A stretch of DNA of 64,000 nucleotides, taken from the NCBI RefSeq assembly GCF_964355755.1, contig NC_092674.1, positions 19,220,001 through 19,284,000 on the forward strand. The letters run 5' to 3'. The notes beneath the pieces are model-generated. The model was not told the DNA's origin. It ran no database searches and worked only from the letters and a program-made list of their open reading frames with translations. The translations under genes and the position numbers were made by a program. Below, in pieces: positions 1-12,600 of the stretch (positions within the stretch are counted from its first letter, which is position 1; each line of letters begins with the position of its first letter). The stretch comes from Antedon mediterranea. Its lineage: Eukaryota; Animalia; Echinodermata.

Positions 1-132
1 TCAAATGTAGTAACTTTCCCTAGTACAATTCCAATCATATAGGCTACTTCATTCGGCCAGTATTTCCGCTCCTCCTCCCTCCCAACACACCCCAGATACT
101 GGGAGATGTGTTTAAGACGGTTCCAGTACAAA

Positions 133-3100
133 TAGGCTAGTCAATCTAGCATTTTGAGTGAAACAAATTGCAAACAGAGATTTTTTTTTTTTAAATGGTT
201 ACATATGATAAGGTGATGCAAAGGTATGCAAATTAGCTTAAATATGCAAATTAGGGTGAAATTACAGGGTTACCATATCTTAAAAACTACTAATCGTAGA
301 GAGTTCATTTTTGCACAGTCTGGTTCAGAATATATATATTTATATTTGCTCTAATGAGACATTTTACATAAAAATGTCCAGAAGTACCAAATTTTGACCC
401 TTGACCCCATTTCTCAATATTTACATAAATATGTGATTAAAATGTCTGTAGAGACTTTATTTTGGACTCAATGACTTGGATATAGTTTTTCAATACCCAC
501 CATAGAACTTTATTATAATTCCTAAAATCACAACTTCGTCACGCACCTCGAAAGTATGCAAATTAGTAGTACAAGTAATATTAAATATGCAAATTAGGGA
601 GTGAAATTACAGCGTTGCCATATCTCGAAAACCGCTAATGCTAGAGTGTTGATTTTTTCACTAAAATATTTAAAATGTATATATTTATATTTGCTGTAAT
701 GAGACATTTTACAAAAAAATTCCCGGAACTATGACATTTGACCCTCGACCCCATTTCTCAATATTGCATATAATGAAAACTAAAATGTCTGTAGAGACTT
801 TGTTTTGCCCTCAAATGACTCGGATACAGGTTTCTAATAGCCAACATAGGAATGTTTAGTAAATCTCAAAATCACACCTGTATCACTCACCTTCAAAGTA
901 TGCAAATTATTAGTACAAGTTACATGAAATATGCAAATTAGGGGGTGAAATTACAGGTTCCTATATGTATCGAAAACCGCTAAGGTAGAGAGTTGATTTT
1001 TTCAAAAACTTGTTAAGAATGTACATATTTATATTTGCTCTAATGAAACATTTTACGAAAAAATGACCGGAAATACAACAATTGACCCTTGACCCTATTT
1101 ATCAATGTTTGCATACATAATGCGACTAAAATGTCTGTAGATAATTTTTTTTGACTCAAATGACTCGGATACAGTTTTCCTATTGTCAGCATAGGACCTC
1201 TTTGTAATTCCCAAAATCACATCTTTGTCACATACCTTGAAAGTATGCAAATTATTAGTACAAGTTACATGAAATATGCAAATTAGGGGTGAAATTACAG
1301 TCTTCCCATATCTCGAAAACCATTAATGCTAGAGAGTTGATTTGAATTCAGAGTTGATTCAGAATGTACATATTTATATTCGCTGTAATGAAACATTTTA
1401 TGCAAAAATTGTCTTGATTGAATTATGACATTTGACCCTTGACCCTATTTCTCAATATTTTCATATAATTCAACTAAAATATCTGTACAGACTGTTTTGG
1501 CCTCAAATGACTCAGATACAGGTTTTCTATAGCCAGCATAGAACTGTAGTAATTCTCAAAATCACACCTTTGTTAATACTTCCCTAGAAAATATGCAAAT
1601 TAATAGTACAAGAGGTGAAAGTTGCCATATCTCTATCGGTCATTAGCGTTTTTCGAGATACATAAGGCTGTAATTTGCATATTTCATATAACTTGTACTA
1701 ATAATTTGCATACTTTCGAGTTGCTTGACTTTTGGAATTACTAAACGATCCTATACTGGCTATATAAAACCTGTATCCAAGTCATTTGAGGCCAAAACAA
1801 AGTATGTACATACATTTTAGTTGCATTATATGCAAATATTGAGAAATAGGTTCGAGGATCAAATGTCATACTTTCGATAATTTTTTTTTCAATAATGACC
1901 CAGATACAGGTTTTCTATAGCCAGAATAGAACTGTTTAGTAATTCTCAAAATCACACCTCTGTTACTTCGCTTGAAAGTATGCAAATCAGTAGTACAAGA
2001 AAGTTGCCATATCTCTCTCTCTCGGTCATTAGCGTTTTCGAGATACATAAGGCAATTCACTGTAACTTGCATATTTCATATAGCTTGTACTACTAATTTG
2101 CATACTTTCGAGGTGCTTGACTTATACTGGCTATATAAAACCTGTATCCGAGTCATTTGAGGCCAAAACAAAGTCTGTACATACATTTTAGTTGCATTAT
2201 ATGCAAATATTGAGAAATAATAATAATAATATCCTGGATTTATATAGCGCCTAATGTTGTGTAACCTCTAAGCGCTGTACATAAACTAATACGAAAAAAG
2301 GGAATTCCAACCATGCCAAAACGAAGGCGTGATTTTGGGAATTACAAAGCGGTCCTATGCTGACTATAGGAAACATGTATCCGAGTTATTTGAGTCCAAA
2401 ACAAAGTCTCTACAGACATTTTAGTCGCATTATGTATGCAAACATTAATAAATGGGGTCGAGGGTCAATTGTTGTATTTCCGGTCATTTTTTCGTAAAAT
2501 GTTTCATTAGAGTAAATATAAATATGTACATTCTGAACAAGTTATTGAAAAAATCAACTCTCTAGCCTTAGTGGTTTTCGATATAAAGGAACCTTAAATT
2601 TCACCCTCTAATTTGCATATTTCATGTAACTTGTACTAATAATTTGCATACTTTGGAGGTGAGTGATACAGGTGTGATTTTGAGATCTACTAAACAGTCC
2701 TATGTTGGCTATTAGAAACCTGTATCGGAGTCATTTGAGGGCAAAACAAAGTCTCTACAGACATTTTAGTTTCATTTATATATGCAATATTGAGAAATGG
2801 GGTCGAGGGTCAAATATCATACTTCCGGTCAATTTTTTGTAAAATGTTTCATTGGAGAAAATAGAAATATGTACATTTTGAATACGGCTGTGAAAAAATC
2901 AGCTCTCTAGCATTAGTGGTTTTCGAGATATAGGACAACTGTAATTTTTTCCCCTTATTTGCATATTTTATTTAAATTGTACTACTAATTTGCATACTTT
3001 TGAGGTGTGTGACAAAGGTGTGATTTTGGGAATTACAAAGTGATCCTATGCTGGCTATTAGGAACCTATGTCTGGGTCATTTGAGGGCAAAATAAAGTCT

Positions 3101-3463
3101 CTACAGACATTTTAGTCACATTGTATAATGCAAACATTGAGAAATGGGGTCGAAGGTCAAATGTTGTACTTCCGGTCATTTTTTCGTAAAATGTTTCATT
3201 AGAGTAAATATAAATATATACATTTTGAATAGATCAGTGAAAAAATCAACTCTCTCGGACTAGTAGTTTTTGAGATATGGTAACCTTGTAATTTCACCCT
3301 AATTTGCATATTTAAGCTAATTTGCATATCATCGGGATGAGTGACAGAGGTGTGATGCTCAAATTTTGATCTCCTCATCATATATGACCATTTAAAAAAG
3401 AAAAATCTCTGTTTGCAATTTGTTTCACTTTGGGCTGTTTTTTTTGCTAGATTGACTAGCCTA
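133..3463. mobile_element. Non-autonomous Academ-like foldback DNA transposon built of ~344-bp subterminal repeats
   Basis: TIRs TAGGCTAGTCAATCTAGCA (133) and TGCTAGATTGACTAGCCTA (ends 3463); 3-bp TSD AAA (130-132, 3464-3466). A ~344-bp unit repeats forward at ~243/587/931/1276 and inverted at ~2610/2957/3301. No coding capacity. TAG..CTA ends with a 3-bp TSD fit Academ. Confidence 0.85.
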
Positions 3464-4011
3464 AAATTATGTTAGCCATCATTCACAACCCATAATACCT
3501 CAGTGGCAGTTTTCAAATGTAGTTTAAAACATTCCCAGTACAGTTTCGGTCATGGCGATAGGATAGGCCTACATCTCCACCCCAAACTCCCAGCCTCTTC
3601 CCAGGGAATAATTAAAATACTTTTTCCAACCACAATTCTGGTCAATTTGATAGCCTCTACCCCTAGCCTAAGCAAAAACCCCACTATCCCCTGAACTCCA
3701 ACTCCCTCTCTGTATAACGAACAAACATCGAAAGTGGGGGTTTTGACCACATTTTGGTCCCTAACTTAGATCCTAGGTGGCATATGATGTTCAAATATAG
3801 CTTAGAACATTCCTGGTACAATTGCGGTCATTTTGATACCCCATATGTAAGATTACGTGCAGTAACAGAAATTTGTATAACGAACAAACAAACAAACAGA
3901 CAGACGTACAATCTCTCTCACTTATGATATTATAAATATTTAAAGATTCTGACAAAATCAATCAATCAATATTTTATTTAAGAATCAATTATCTTTATTT
4001 AAATCAATGTA

Positions 4012-7000
4012 TAGACCAGGAGCCCAGAGGGGTCAACCTAGCTGGAAAGTTAACCAATTTCTATGCATGTGGCAATTATCTACGTACATATCAATGTATG
4101 GAAATGACAGTCTGGCGCGTTTCTTTTGGTGGGTGTGGCTAGGAGGGACACTGTAAAGGGTAAAAAAAATGAGCTAGATCAGCTGAAAAGTTAACCCCAT
4201 GAAATATTTTGCAAATTGTTTGACATAGAATGAAATATAAGGAATGGCTATTGCCAGACGATTTTAGTGGTGGGGGGTGCCTGCCAGACCCCCATTTCTG
4301 GAGGGCCAAAAATGAGCTAGATCAGCTTAAAAGTTAACCCTCTAAAACTGGTGGGAAAATGTTCAATAAACTCATAAATATCATGAATGACCATTGCCAG
4401 ACATTTTCAGTGGTGGATTGTGCCCGCCAGACCCCGTCAAACACCCAACCCCCCAAAAAATTGAGCTAGATCAGCTGAAAAGTTAACCCCATGAAATATT
4501 TTGCAAATTGTTTGACATAGAGTGAAATATAATGAATGGACATTGCCAGACGATTTTAGTGGTGGGGGGTGCCTGCCAGACCCCCATTTCTGGAGGGCCA
4601 AAAATGAACTAGATCAGCTTAAAAGTTAACCCTCTAAAACTGGTGGGAAAATGTTCAATGTACTCATAACTATTATGAATGACCATTGCCAGACATTTTC
4701 AGTGGTGGATTGTGCCCGCCAGACCCCGTCAAACACCCCCACTCCCAAAAATGAGCTAGATCAGCTGAAAAGCTAACCTTTTAAAACATGCTGTAGAATG
4801 TTCAGCATGATCCCTAGTATAATAAATGACCATTGCCAGACATTTTAAGTGGTGGGTTGTGTCCACCAGGCCCCCTCAAACACCCAACCCCCAAAAATGA
4901 CCCAGATTAGGCCAAAGGTTAACCACTGTAAAACTGGTGGGAAAATGTGTAGTATACTGTCAAGGATATGAATTGTCATTACCAGACATTTTTATTTGCT
5001 CATTATAGAACCACCCCATATCCATCCAACCCCTTACCTAATTCACAAATGTGCCACTATGGTATATAAGTTCAACATAGTGTAAAATAGGTATTCAGAA
5101 CAAGACTTCTTTGTCTTTTTGTGGTGTGGAAAAAAGTAAATCAATTAGTCAATTGGTTTATGCAGTTAATTAAAGGACATATTTAGAAACTGACTTATCT
5201 TCTATAATGGTTCCCTAGAGAATAATGTTGTTGATTATCATCAACATTTCAAAACAAAGGCTTATTTTATTAAATGCATTTTGATTATGATAGAGAGTGG
5301 TACATCATATTTCAAAGTGCTCCATCTGCCAAACGGTAACGGCGGACAACGATTGTATGTTGAGAGCGTTCAGTGAAATGATAATATGGTCAACTGTAAA
5401 GAATGCTGCTGCATTAAACGTAAGAAAATGAAGTCTGACAAACATGCTGATACAACAAACAAGGTTTTTCTTATGAAACAACCTAAAAATTCAATCAGCT
5501 ATCACCCTTTATGTCATAGGTATTACACTGCCGTGAAACAAAACAAAGTAGTGTCCTTCAGAAATCAGATGAGTGTGGCATGTTAAAGGGAACTTGCATA
5601 TTTTGTGGAAAAGGCCGAAAAAAATGGGAAAGAAGAGAAAAGGCTTAAGATAGCAACTGTTTCTGGGTGGAAGTCACTTTCCCAGCGGGTAAAATTTAAA
5701 AAAAACCAACGTATCAATAGTCTAATTCGGTGTGGCGTTGATCTGCCGAGTTCAGTTCTTCTAGAAACTGATAAACATGAGGGTTCAACAGAAGAGCATT
5801 CATCTTATTGAAGTAACACATCTTATGGAAGTCACAAAAGGGCATTTTCATCCCTACTGAAACATATTGAATTATTATTAAGTATTGGGAAAACAACGAG
5901 CTATACTTGTCTCTGATTTGCTAAGCTTTTACAAAATCGAATTTGTCAATAATGGAGGAAAACTGATATCAACTCATATTCGTCCCAAAATCTTACAAAG
6001 AAAATTCAATAAAAATTTAAAGATGAAATCAAAGTAAAACCTGCAGACAGACGAAGAGGTAACTTCATTTATAGATCACTTCTTCTAGGAGAAGAAGCCA
6101 CTGCTCGACTTTATGATAATTCTGAACAATATGTACAGGATAATAAAATAAAATGGGCTGCTCTTCATCTTAGATCTATAACCATGCAGCTCCCACAGAC
6201 AAAGACCTGCTACAGTTCAAAACTTAAAAGAGTGTGCTGCCAAGATACCATCACAGTTAAAATTATTCTTTAGGAGTCTTCTTGGTGGCATCGACCAAAA
6301 TGCCAATGATGCAAACAAAGACAAGTTTGATAGAAAGGTTATTTCCATTGCATCTGATGCCATCTATAATGTATCTCGTGGAACTGTGAAACCATGGAAA
6401 CACACTGTCGTTGGTTTATGTTTTACATCTCTGACAGGATCAAAACTGGCTATGCAAATTTTGACATTGTATTAGTAGTGAAAGCAAAGGCCTTGAGACT
6501 GAGTTTGCCTATTCAGTTCAAGATGATGAACGCGACGCCCCAGATGGTATCCGGCTTGACCCAACCTTGGCAACTGCATGTGTATGGGAGAATAATGATA
6601 CAAATGTAGAAACACTTGATGGTAAAGAAACTCTACACGCTACAGTTGGACATACATATCAGAATATATCGCATGACGACCAACTGCTCAATAGGAATAC
6701 TATTGGATTTCGGGATGGTAGAAACAGGCGGAAATTTGTTGGAGTTGAAAGAGAAATACCACCTTTTAGGATAGGTATAAATAAAGCTTTGTTTATAAGT
6801 TCCAATGCCACATCAACTAAAAATGTTAGAGAATGTAGTACAATCACTGACAAACCAATGGAATACCAAATACCACTGAAGGCATTGGATATGTATTGGT
6901 TTTGGAAACTGAATGATGGAGATACACCCCTACATGCCGGATTCATGAGCAAGTATATCAATAATCATTTACCAGTTCAGTGCATTTGCTACAGGGATCC

Positions 7001-9568
7001 TATATCAAAATCCCCAACAAACAATGATGTGGTTAGAGAGAGAAAATGATCCAGACTATGGCTATTGCCAAGGAAACTGGCCAAGACTATGCAGACAAGA
7101 CTATGCAGTTGTGACATATGATTTGGCAGTAGCATTAAAAGCTTACTCCATACAAACAATACAATCCCCCCTATTTGATAAGCTTTTAGTATTACAGGGC
7201 AATTTTCACACAGAGTTGGCGTTCTACGGAGCAGTTGGAACGTACATTAACGACAGCGGTATCGAATATATTCTCCAAGAAGCAGATATCTTGGCTGAGG
7301 GGTCAATGATGGGTTTCATCAAAGGAAAGTTTTACAACAGGTGCACTAGAATTCACCAATTGCTTGCCAATGTCTTGGAGCAAAAGTTGTATAAACGCTT
7401 TCTTCAAGAAATAAATGCAGAAGATCATCACACATTTCAAGAAATAATGTCAACTGCACCTTTGGACCCATCATTGATTGAAGAACATATATCGGATCCT
7501 GTTGTAATTAATCACCTGCAGAAGTACGAGAATTACTTCCAGTCAGTGCTTACTGGAAATATAGGTTCAACAGCACAATTCTGGGCTATTTACATTTTTC
7601 TTATTAATCGACTCCATAGAGAACTTCAGAGATGTGTGAAAACAAATGATGTCACTGGCTACATTAATGTATTTCCAACCATATTATCTGTTTACTTTGC
7701 CCTGAACCAACCTAACTACGCCAGATGGGGAACTCTATTCATACAGAAACTGAAAAACGTTGACCTAAAGTACTGGAAAAATGAGCATTTTCCATCAGAC
7801 GTACAAATAAGCACTACAGTAGATCAGCTGTTGACCTTTCCTTAGAACAGACGGTCAATCGTGATTCTTCTTCAAGTATGAGAGGGATTGTTGCCTTTCC
7901 TAATTCAGAAAATGCAATGCACCAGTGGTCATTGACTATGAGTCAACGAGCCATGGCAGTCACGGAGCTGAGAACATTTGCTGGTCTTGAATTGGGGGAA
8001 ATGCAACAGCTCAATGCCGTCCATCAAGAATAAAAAAGGACACATTGACAGTGAAACGGAAGAAACAGAGATTGAAGAATCAAGTGATTCTTATGGCGAT
8101 GCATGGAGTGAAGAGGAATATATGGATTAATTTAAATAATTTGTGCAGAAAAGTCATAGCTTATTAAATAAGACTGTTTTTTGTTGTAACTAATGAAAAC
8201 TACTGTAGATAGAATAAGGTACTACATAAAGTATCATATGCTAAAATGTCGGGTGTTTGATATTTGATGTAGTTCTCATTTTAGTCATTCATGCTGTTTT
8301 TTAGTGTACTTAATTGCTCCATATATTTTGTTTTATAAGATTAGGTTTTGAGTTTATATAGTTCATGTTTTTTTTTTGAGGGGGGGGGGGGGGGGTGGGT
8401 GGGTGGATGTTTAATGGGTGTCTGGCGGACACAACCCACCACTTTAAATGTCTAGTAATGGTCATTTATTATACTAGGGATCATGCTGAACATTTTACAG
8501 CATGTTTTAAAAGGTTAGCTTTTCAGCTGATCTAGCTCATTTTTGGGGAGTGGGGGTGTTTGACGGGTCTGGCGGGCACAATACACCACTGAAAATGTCT
8601 GGCAATGGTCATTCATAATAGTTATGAGTACATTGAACATTCTCCCACCAGTTTTAGAGGGTTAACTTTTAAGCTGATCTAGCTCATTTTTGGCCCTCCA
8701 GAAATGGGGGTCTGGCAGGCACCCCCACCACTAAAATCGTCTGGCAATGTCCATTCATTTTATTTCACTCTATGTCAAACAATTTGCAAAATATTTCACG
8801 GGGTTAACTTTTCAGCTGATCTAGCTCAATTTTTTGGGGGTGGGGTGTTTGACGGGGTCTGGCGGGCACAATCCACCACTGAAAATGTCTGGCAATGGTC
8901 ATTCATGATAGTTATGAGTTTATTGAAGATTTTCCCACCAGTTTCAGAGGGTTAACTTTTAAGCTGATCTAGCTCATTTTTGGCCCCCCAGAAATGGGGG
9001 TCTGGCAGGCACCCCCCACCACTAAAATCGTCTGGCGATATTCATTCATTATATTTCACTCTATGTCAAACAATTTGCAAAATATTTCATGGGGTTAACT
9101 TTTCAGCTGATCTAGCTCAATTTTTGGGGGGTTGGGTGTTTGACGGGGTCTGGCGGGCACAATCCACCACTGAAAATGTCTGGCAATGGTCATTCATGAT
9201 AATTATGAGTTTATTGAACATTTTCCCACCAGTTTCAGAGGGTTAACTTTTAAGCTGATCTAGCTCATTTTTGACCCCCCAGAAATAGGGGTCTGGCAGG
9301 CACCCCCCACCACTAAAATCGTCTGGCAATGGCCATTCCTTATATTTCACTCTATGTCAAACAATTTGCAAAATATTTCATGGGGTTAACTTTTCAGCTG
9401 ATCTAGCTCATTTTTTTTACCCTTTACAATGTCCCTCCTAGCCACACCCACCAAAAGAAACGCGCCAGACTGTCATTTCCATACATTGATATGTACGTAG
9501 ATAATTGCCACATGCATAGAAATTGGTTAACTTTCCAGCTAGGTTGACCCCTCTGGGCTCCTGCTCTA
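4012..9568 (+). mobile_element. Academ DNA transposon, internally deleted, with ~0.9-1.1 kb repeat-built TIRs
   Basis: Termini TAGACCAGGAGCCCAGAGG / CCTCTGGGCTCCTGCTCTA; TSD GTA (4009-4011, 9569-9571); near-identical inverted arms made of ~146/292-bp repeats; internal frameshifted transposase. Confidence 0.88.
5386..8130 (+). pseudogene. Degenerate Academ transposase (multiple frameshifts; C-terminal XPG-like half apparently missing)
   Basis: ORF pieces 6567-7049 (WENNDTNVETLDGKETLHATVG) and 7024-7845 (VVTYDLAVALKA, GNFHTEL, SGIEYIL, GKFYNRCTRIH, FWAIY, NYARW) carry motifs of this invertebrate transposase family and lie between the TIRs. Confidence 0.75.
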
Positions 9569-9660
9569 GTACTGTATAACCTATAATTCCTCGTAGTGAC
9601 GAATTATATCTAGTTGTAAATTATTACTGTATATATAGATATGTTTGTTTGTTTCTCTAG

Positions 9661-12600
9661 GTTAAACTGTTACTTGACTCTACAGAACAATTGACAATAC
9701 CATCTTATGAAGATATATTTAATGATGAAGAGGTAATTTTAGGATAACTGTAGTTATAGTTATACTTAAATGATTTATTGAAGGCATTAACAGGCAGAAT
9801 TGGAATTTTGTCATCATTGTCTGTTCATTGATCGCGTTGAAATCTAAGGCCTGTATTCATGAATACAGGCCTAAGTTGTTGCGGTTGTCCATGTATTGCA
9901 AGAATGTCCATGGTAATAATCTTTCATTAAATACTCTACATAGATGAGCAGTTATCTATCACTTTAATTGCAGCCTACAATAGTTTGTGTAGCTGTGACA
10001 TTTGTGTAGCGCTGTCTATAACTTTACAGTTACAATGTTAATCAGAACATACTGAAAAAAAACAACTACTGTATTATTTATTTTATTTTATTTCTTTATT
10101 CTGACATAAAATCATAGGATAAAAACACAATAAAGTACTGAGACGGCAAACTTATTTCCATTGTGGTCCTAAACACATACGATTTCTATTGTGGCTTGTA
10201 AGATACATATATATCTACTTAATAATTGTTGTAATTAAACTATTTCCTTTGTATATACATATTACAGAGTGATTCGGATGATTCTGGTAACGAAAGTGAA
10301 AGCTCCCAACCTGACAAAAGGAGGAGACTTGATGAGGTAACTACAATATCTATGCTATTTAAGCCCTGAACATACATACACATAATAATTATTATATATT
10401 ACTGTATCCCCAGACTATGAGTAGGAAAATAATAATACAAATATGTTGTTTAATCTAAATAGGAAAGTATAGTGAGGAAGTTGGAAAAGAAACGAGCTAG
10501 AAGATTATGGGAAGAAAGCCGACAAAAAATTATTTTTCAGTATGAAGAATTTTCATTTTATTCTACTTCAGTAAGTATGCACATTATTACTCTCAATTTG
10601 GTGTGTATATATTTGCAGTATTGCAATAATATAATCACCAATGATTTATTTCCACAATGCTTTTTTTGTGTCTTGTGTACTGTATGTTATGTTTGGAATC
10701 AATTCTTATTGGTTATCTGCACTTGGCGGATAACCCCTTGTTATTTTCAGGATCTTTTTTTTTTCTATATTCTTCTTCTTACTTTCCGCGAATTTTGTTC
10801 GCAGCGTATCTCTAATTCTGGCCAACATAAGATTGTATAACTTTTTCATAAGATTTACCTTTATTTGTAGATGTGCAAGAAACTTTTTTTATGATTTTCG
10901 AGTCGCGCAGCGTAAGTTACGCGCAATTTTATGAATTTCAATGATTGATCATAGATTAAAAACCAAAAGTCAGTTTGTATTGAAACTTGGTGAAAATTTA
11001 AGTCATATCATGCGCAAACTGTCTATGAATTAAAAATGGCATGTTTCACAGAATGTTAAAATTTCAAAATGTGAAAAATCAATTTCTAATCAACTTTCTA
11101 TGCGTTTCATGTCATTTAGAGCATTAAAAAAATTCCCACGCTTCCGCATTTTTTTTACGTGCGTGTGTGATTTTTGTTTTTTCATCCTTTTCTAGTAATT
11201 TTATCAACTTTTCAAACAATTTCGACTTAAAATCACGTCATACGAGCACGTCGAATTGGACAATTCGTGCGCGTTTTGATGAAAAAGTTCAAACATTTGT
11301 GAAAGTTATACCTTTTTTTAAACAGTCATAGATTCTAAACTACCATAGGTGGTTTACTTTTTCAAAATTACATATTCTGGAAGTAGATGAGTTGTAGATA
11401 TCGAATCATGCATCGATATGGCTAACCGGACATTGTGACGTCATCATATGGCCACTCGAATATAAAATATAGGATTTTTGTCTCTTTTGTCATAGCTCAT
11501 CACATTTGGTAGAGCGCATCTCCACTTATTCATATTCCATTTTCCTCCATTTTTGTATATCGTCTAGATCAATCAATTATCTTTTGCATTTATTATGTCA
11601 TCATGTGCAAAAGCGTCAATAACTTTGATCACTTTTTTTCACCTATTCTGCACTGTATGTAGTACGTATACAGTATATGGTGTATACTGTATATATTAGA
11701 CGTGACACCAAATAGAAAGCGCACTAACATTTTTTTCAATGGCCTAATTGTTTTTCTGTGCGCAATATTCTAACGTATGACGTGCACATGGCTTTTGGGC
11801 TGCGGATAACCTAACTCGTCCGTAGCGACGAGTTCAAATCTAGTTCTTATTTGAATTTGTGACATGCACATATTCACAGACTTCACTTCAATTTTTTTGA
11901 AAGACCATGAGAAAAACCAAAATCTAAAAAAGACCACATTCCATTTATCATAAGTGCATATGGGAATGCGTGATGTAAATCTTCACTTTGACAATTTGAA
12001 AAAGAAATTACAATAAAAATGCGAAATAGTATGAACATTTCATATGTTTTCAGAAATATTAAACCAGCCCAAATATTTCTGTTTTAAGATTAACTGTCTT
12101 GGTGTTTTTGTTTTTAGGCTGCTTATGTAATATATCAACTGGCTTGGAAGCTGTCAAAGGATTCTAATGACCTTCTCTGGTATGTTGTCATTCATATAAG
12201 GCCAAAAAAAAAAAATAGTTTGTTTGCTGTCATCCGCCGCCCCTAATTTCGCAAAAAATTTGGGGCGGAGATAAGAAAAAGTTTTTTTTTTACGTTGAGG
12301 GCGCTTTAAAAAAAAAATTTTTTATGATTTTTTTTAAAATCGAGTGTGCGAGGATGAAATAATAAAAATAATAACGTAGCGTATACTTCGGTGTATAATC
12401 GCACTTTTGACACGCAAATTTAACCTCTAAATTAATTATACACCGAACATAAATGCCTCAACACACAGATATTGCCACCTCGCTGGCTAGGCCTGGGCCT
12501 ATTAGTATTACTAGGCCTAGCTAAAGTCTAAAGAGTAGCCTAGCCTAGCTACAGTGTACTAGCGTAACGTAGCGTAACAGCAACCTGCTAGTTTTCAAGG

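Noticed and set aside
8704-9246. Two similar 83-88 aa ORFs
   Set aside because: They are translations of the Academ subterminal tandem repeats.
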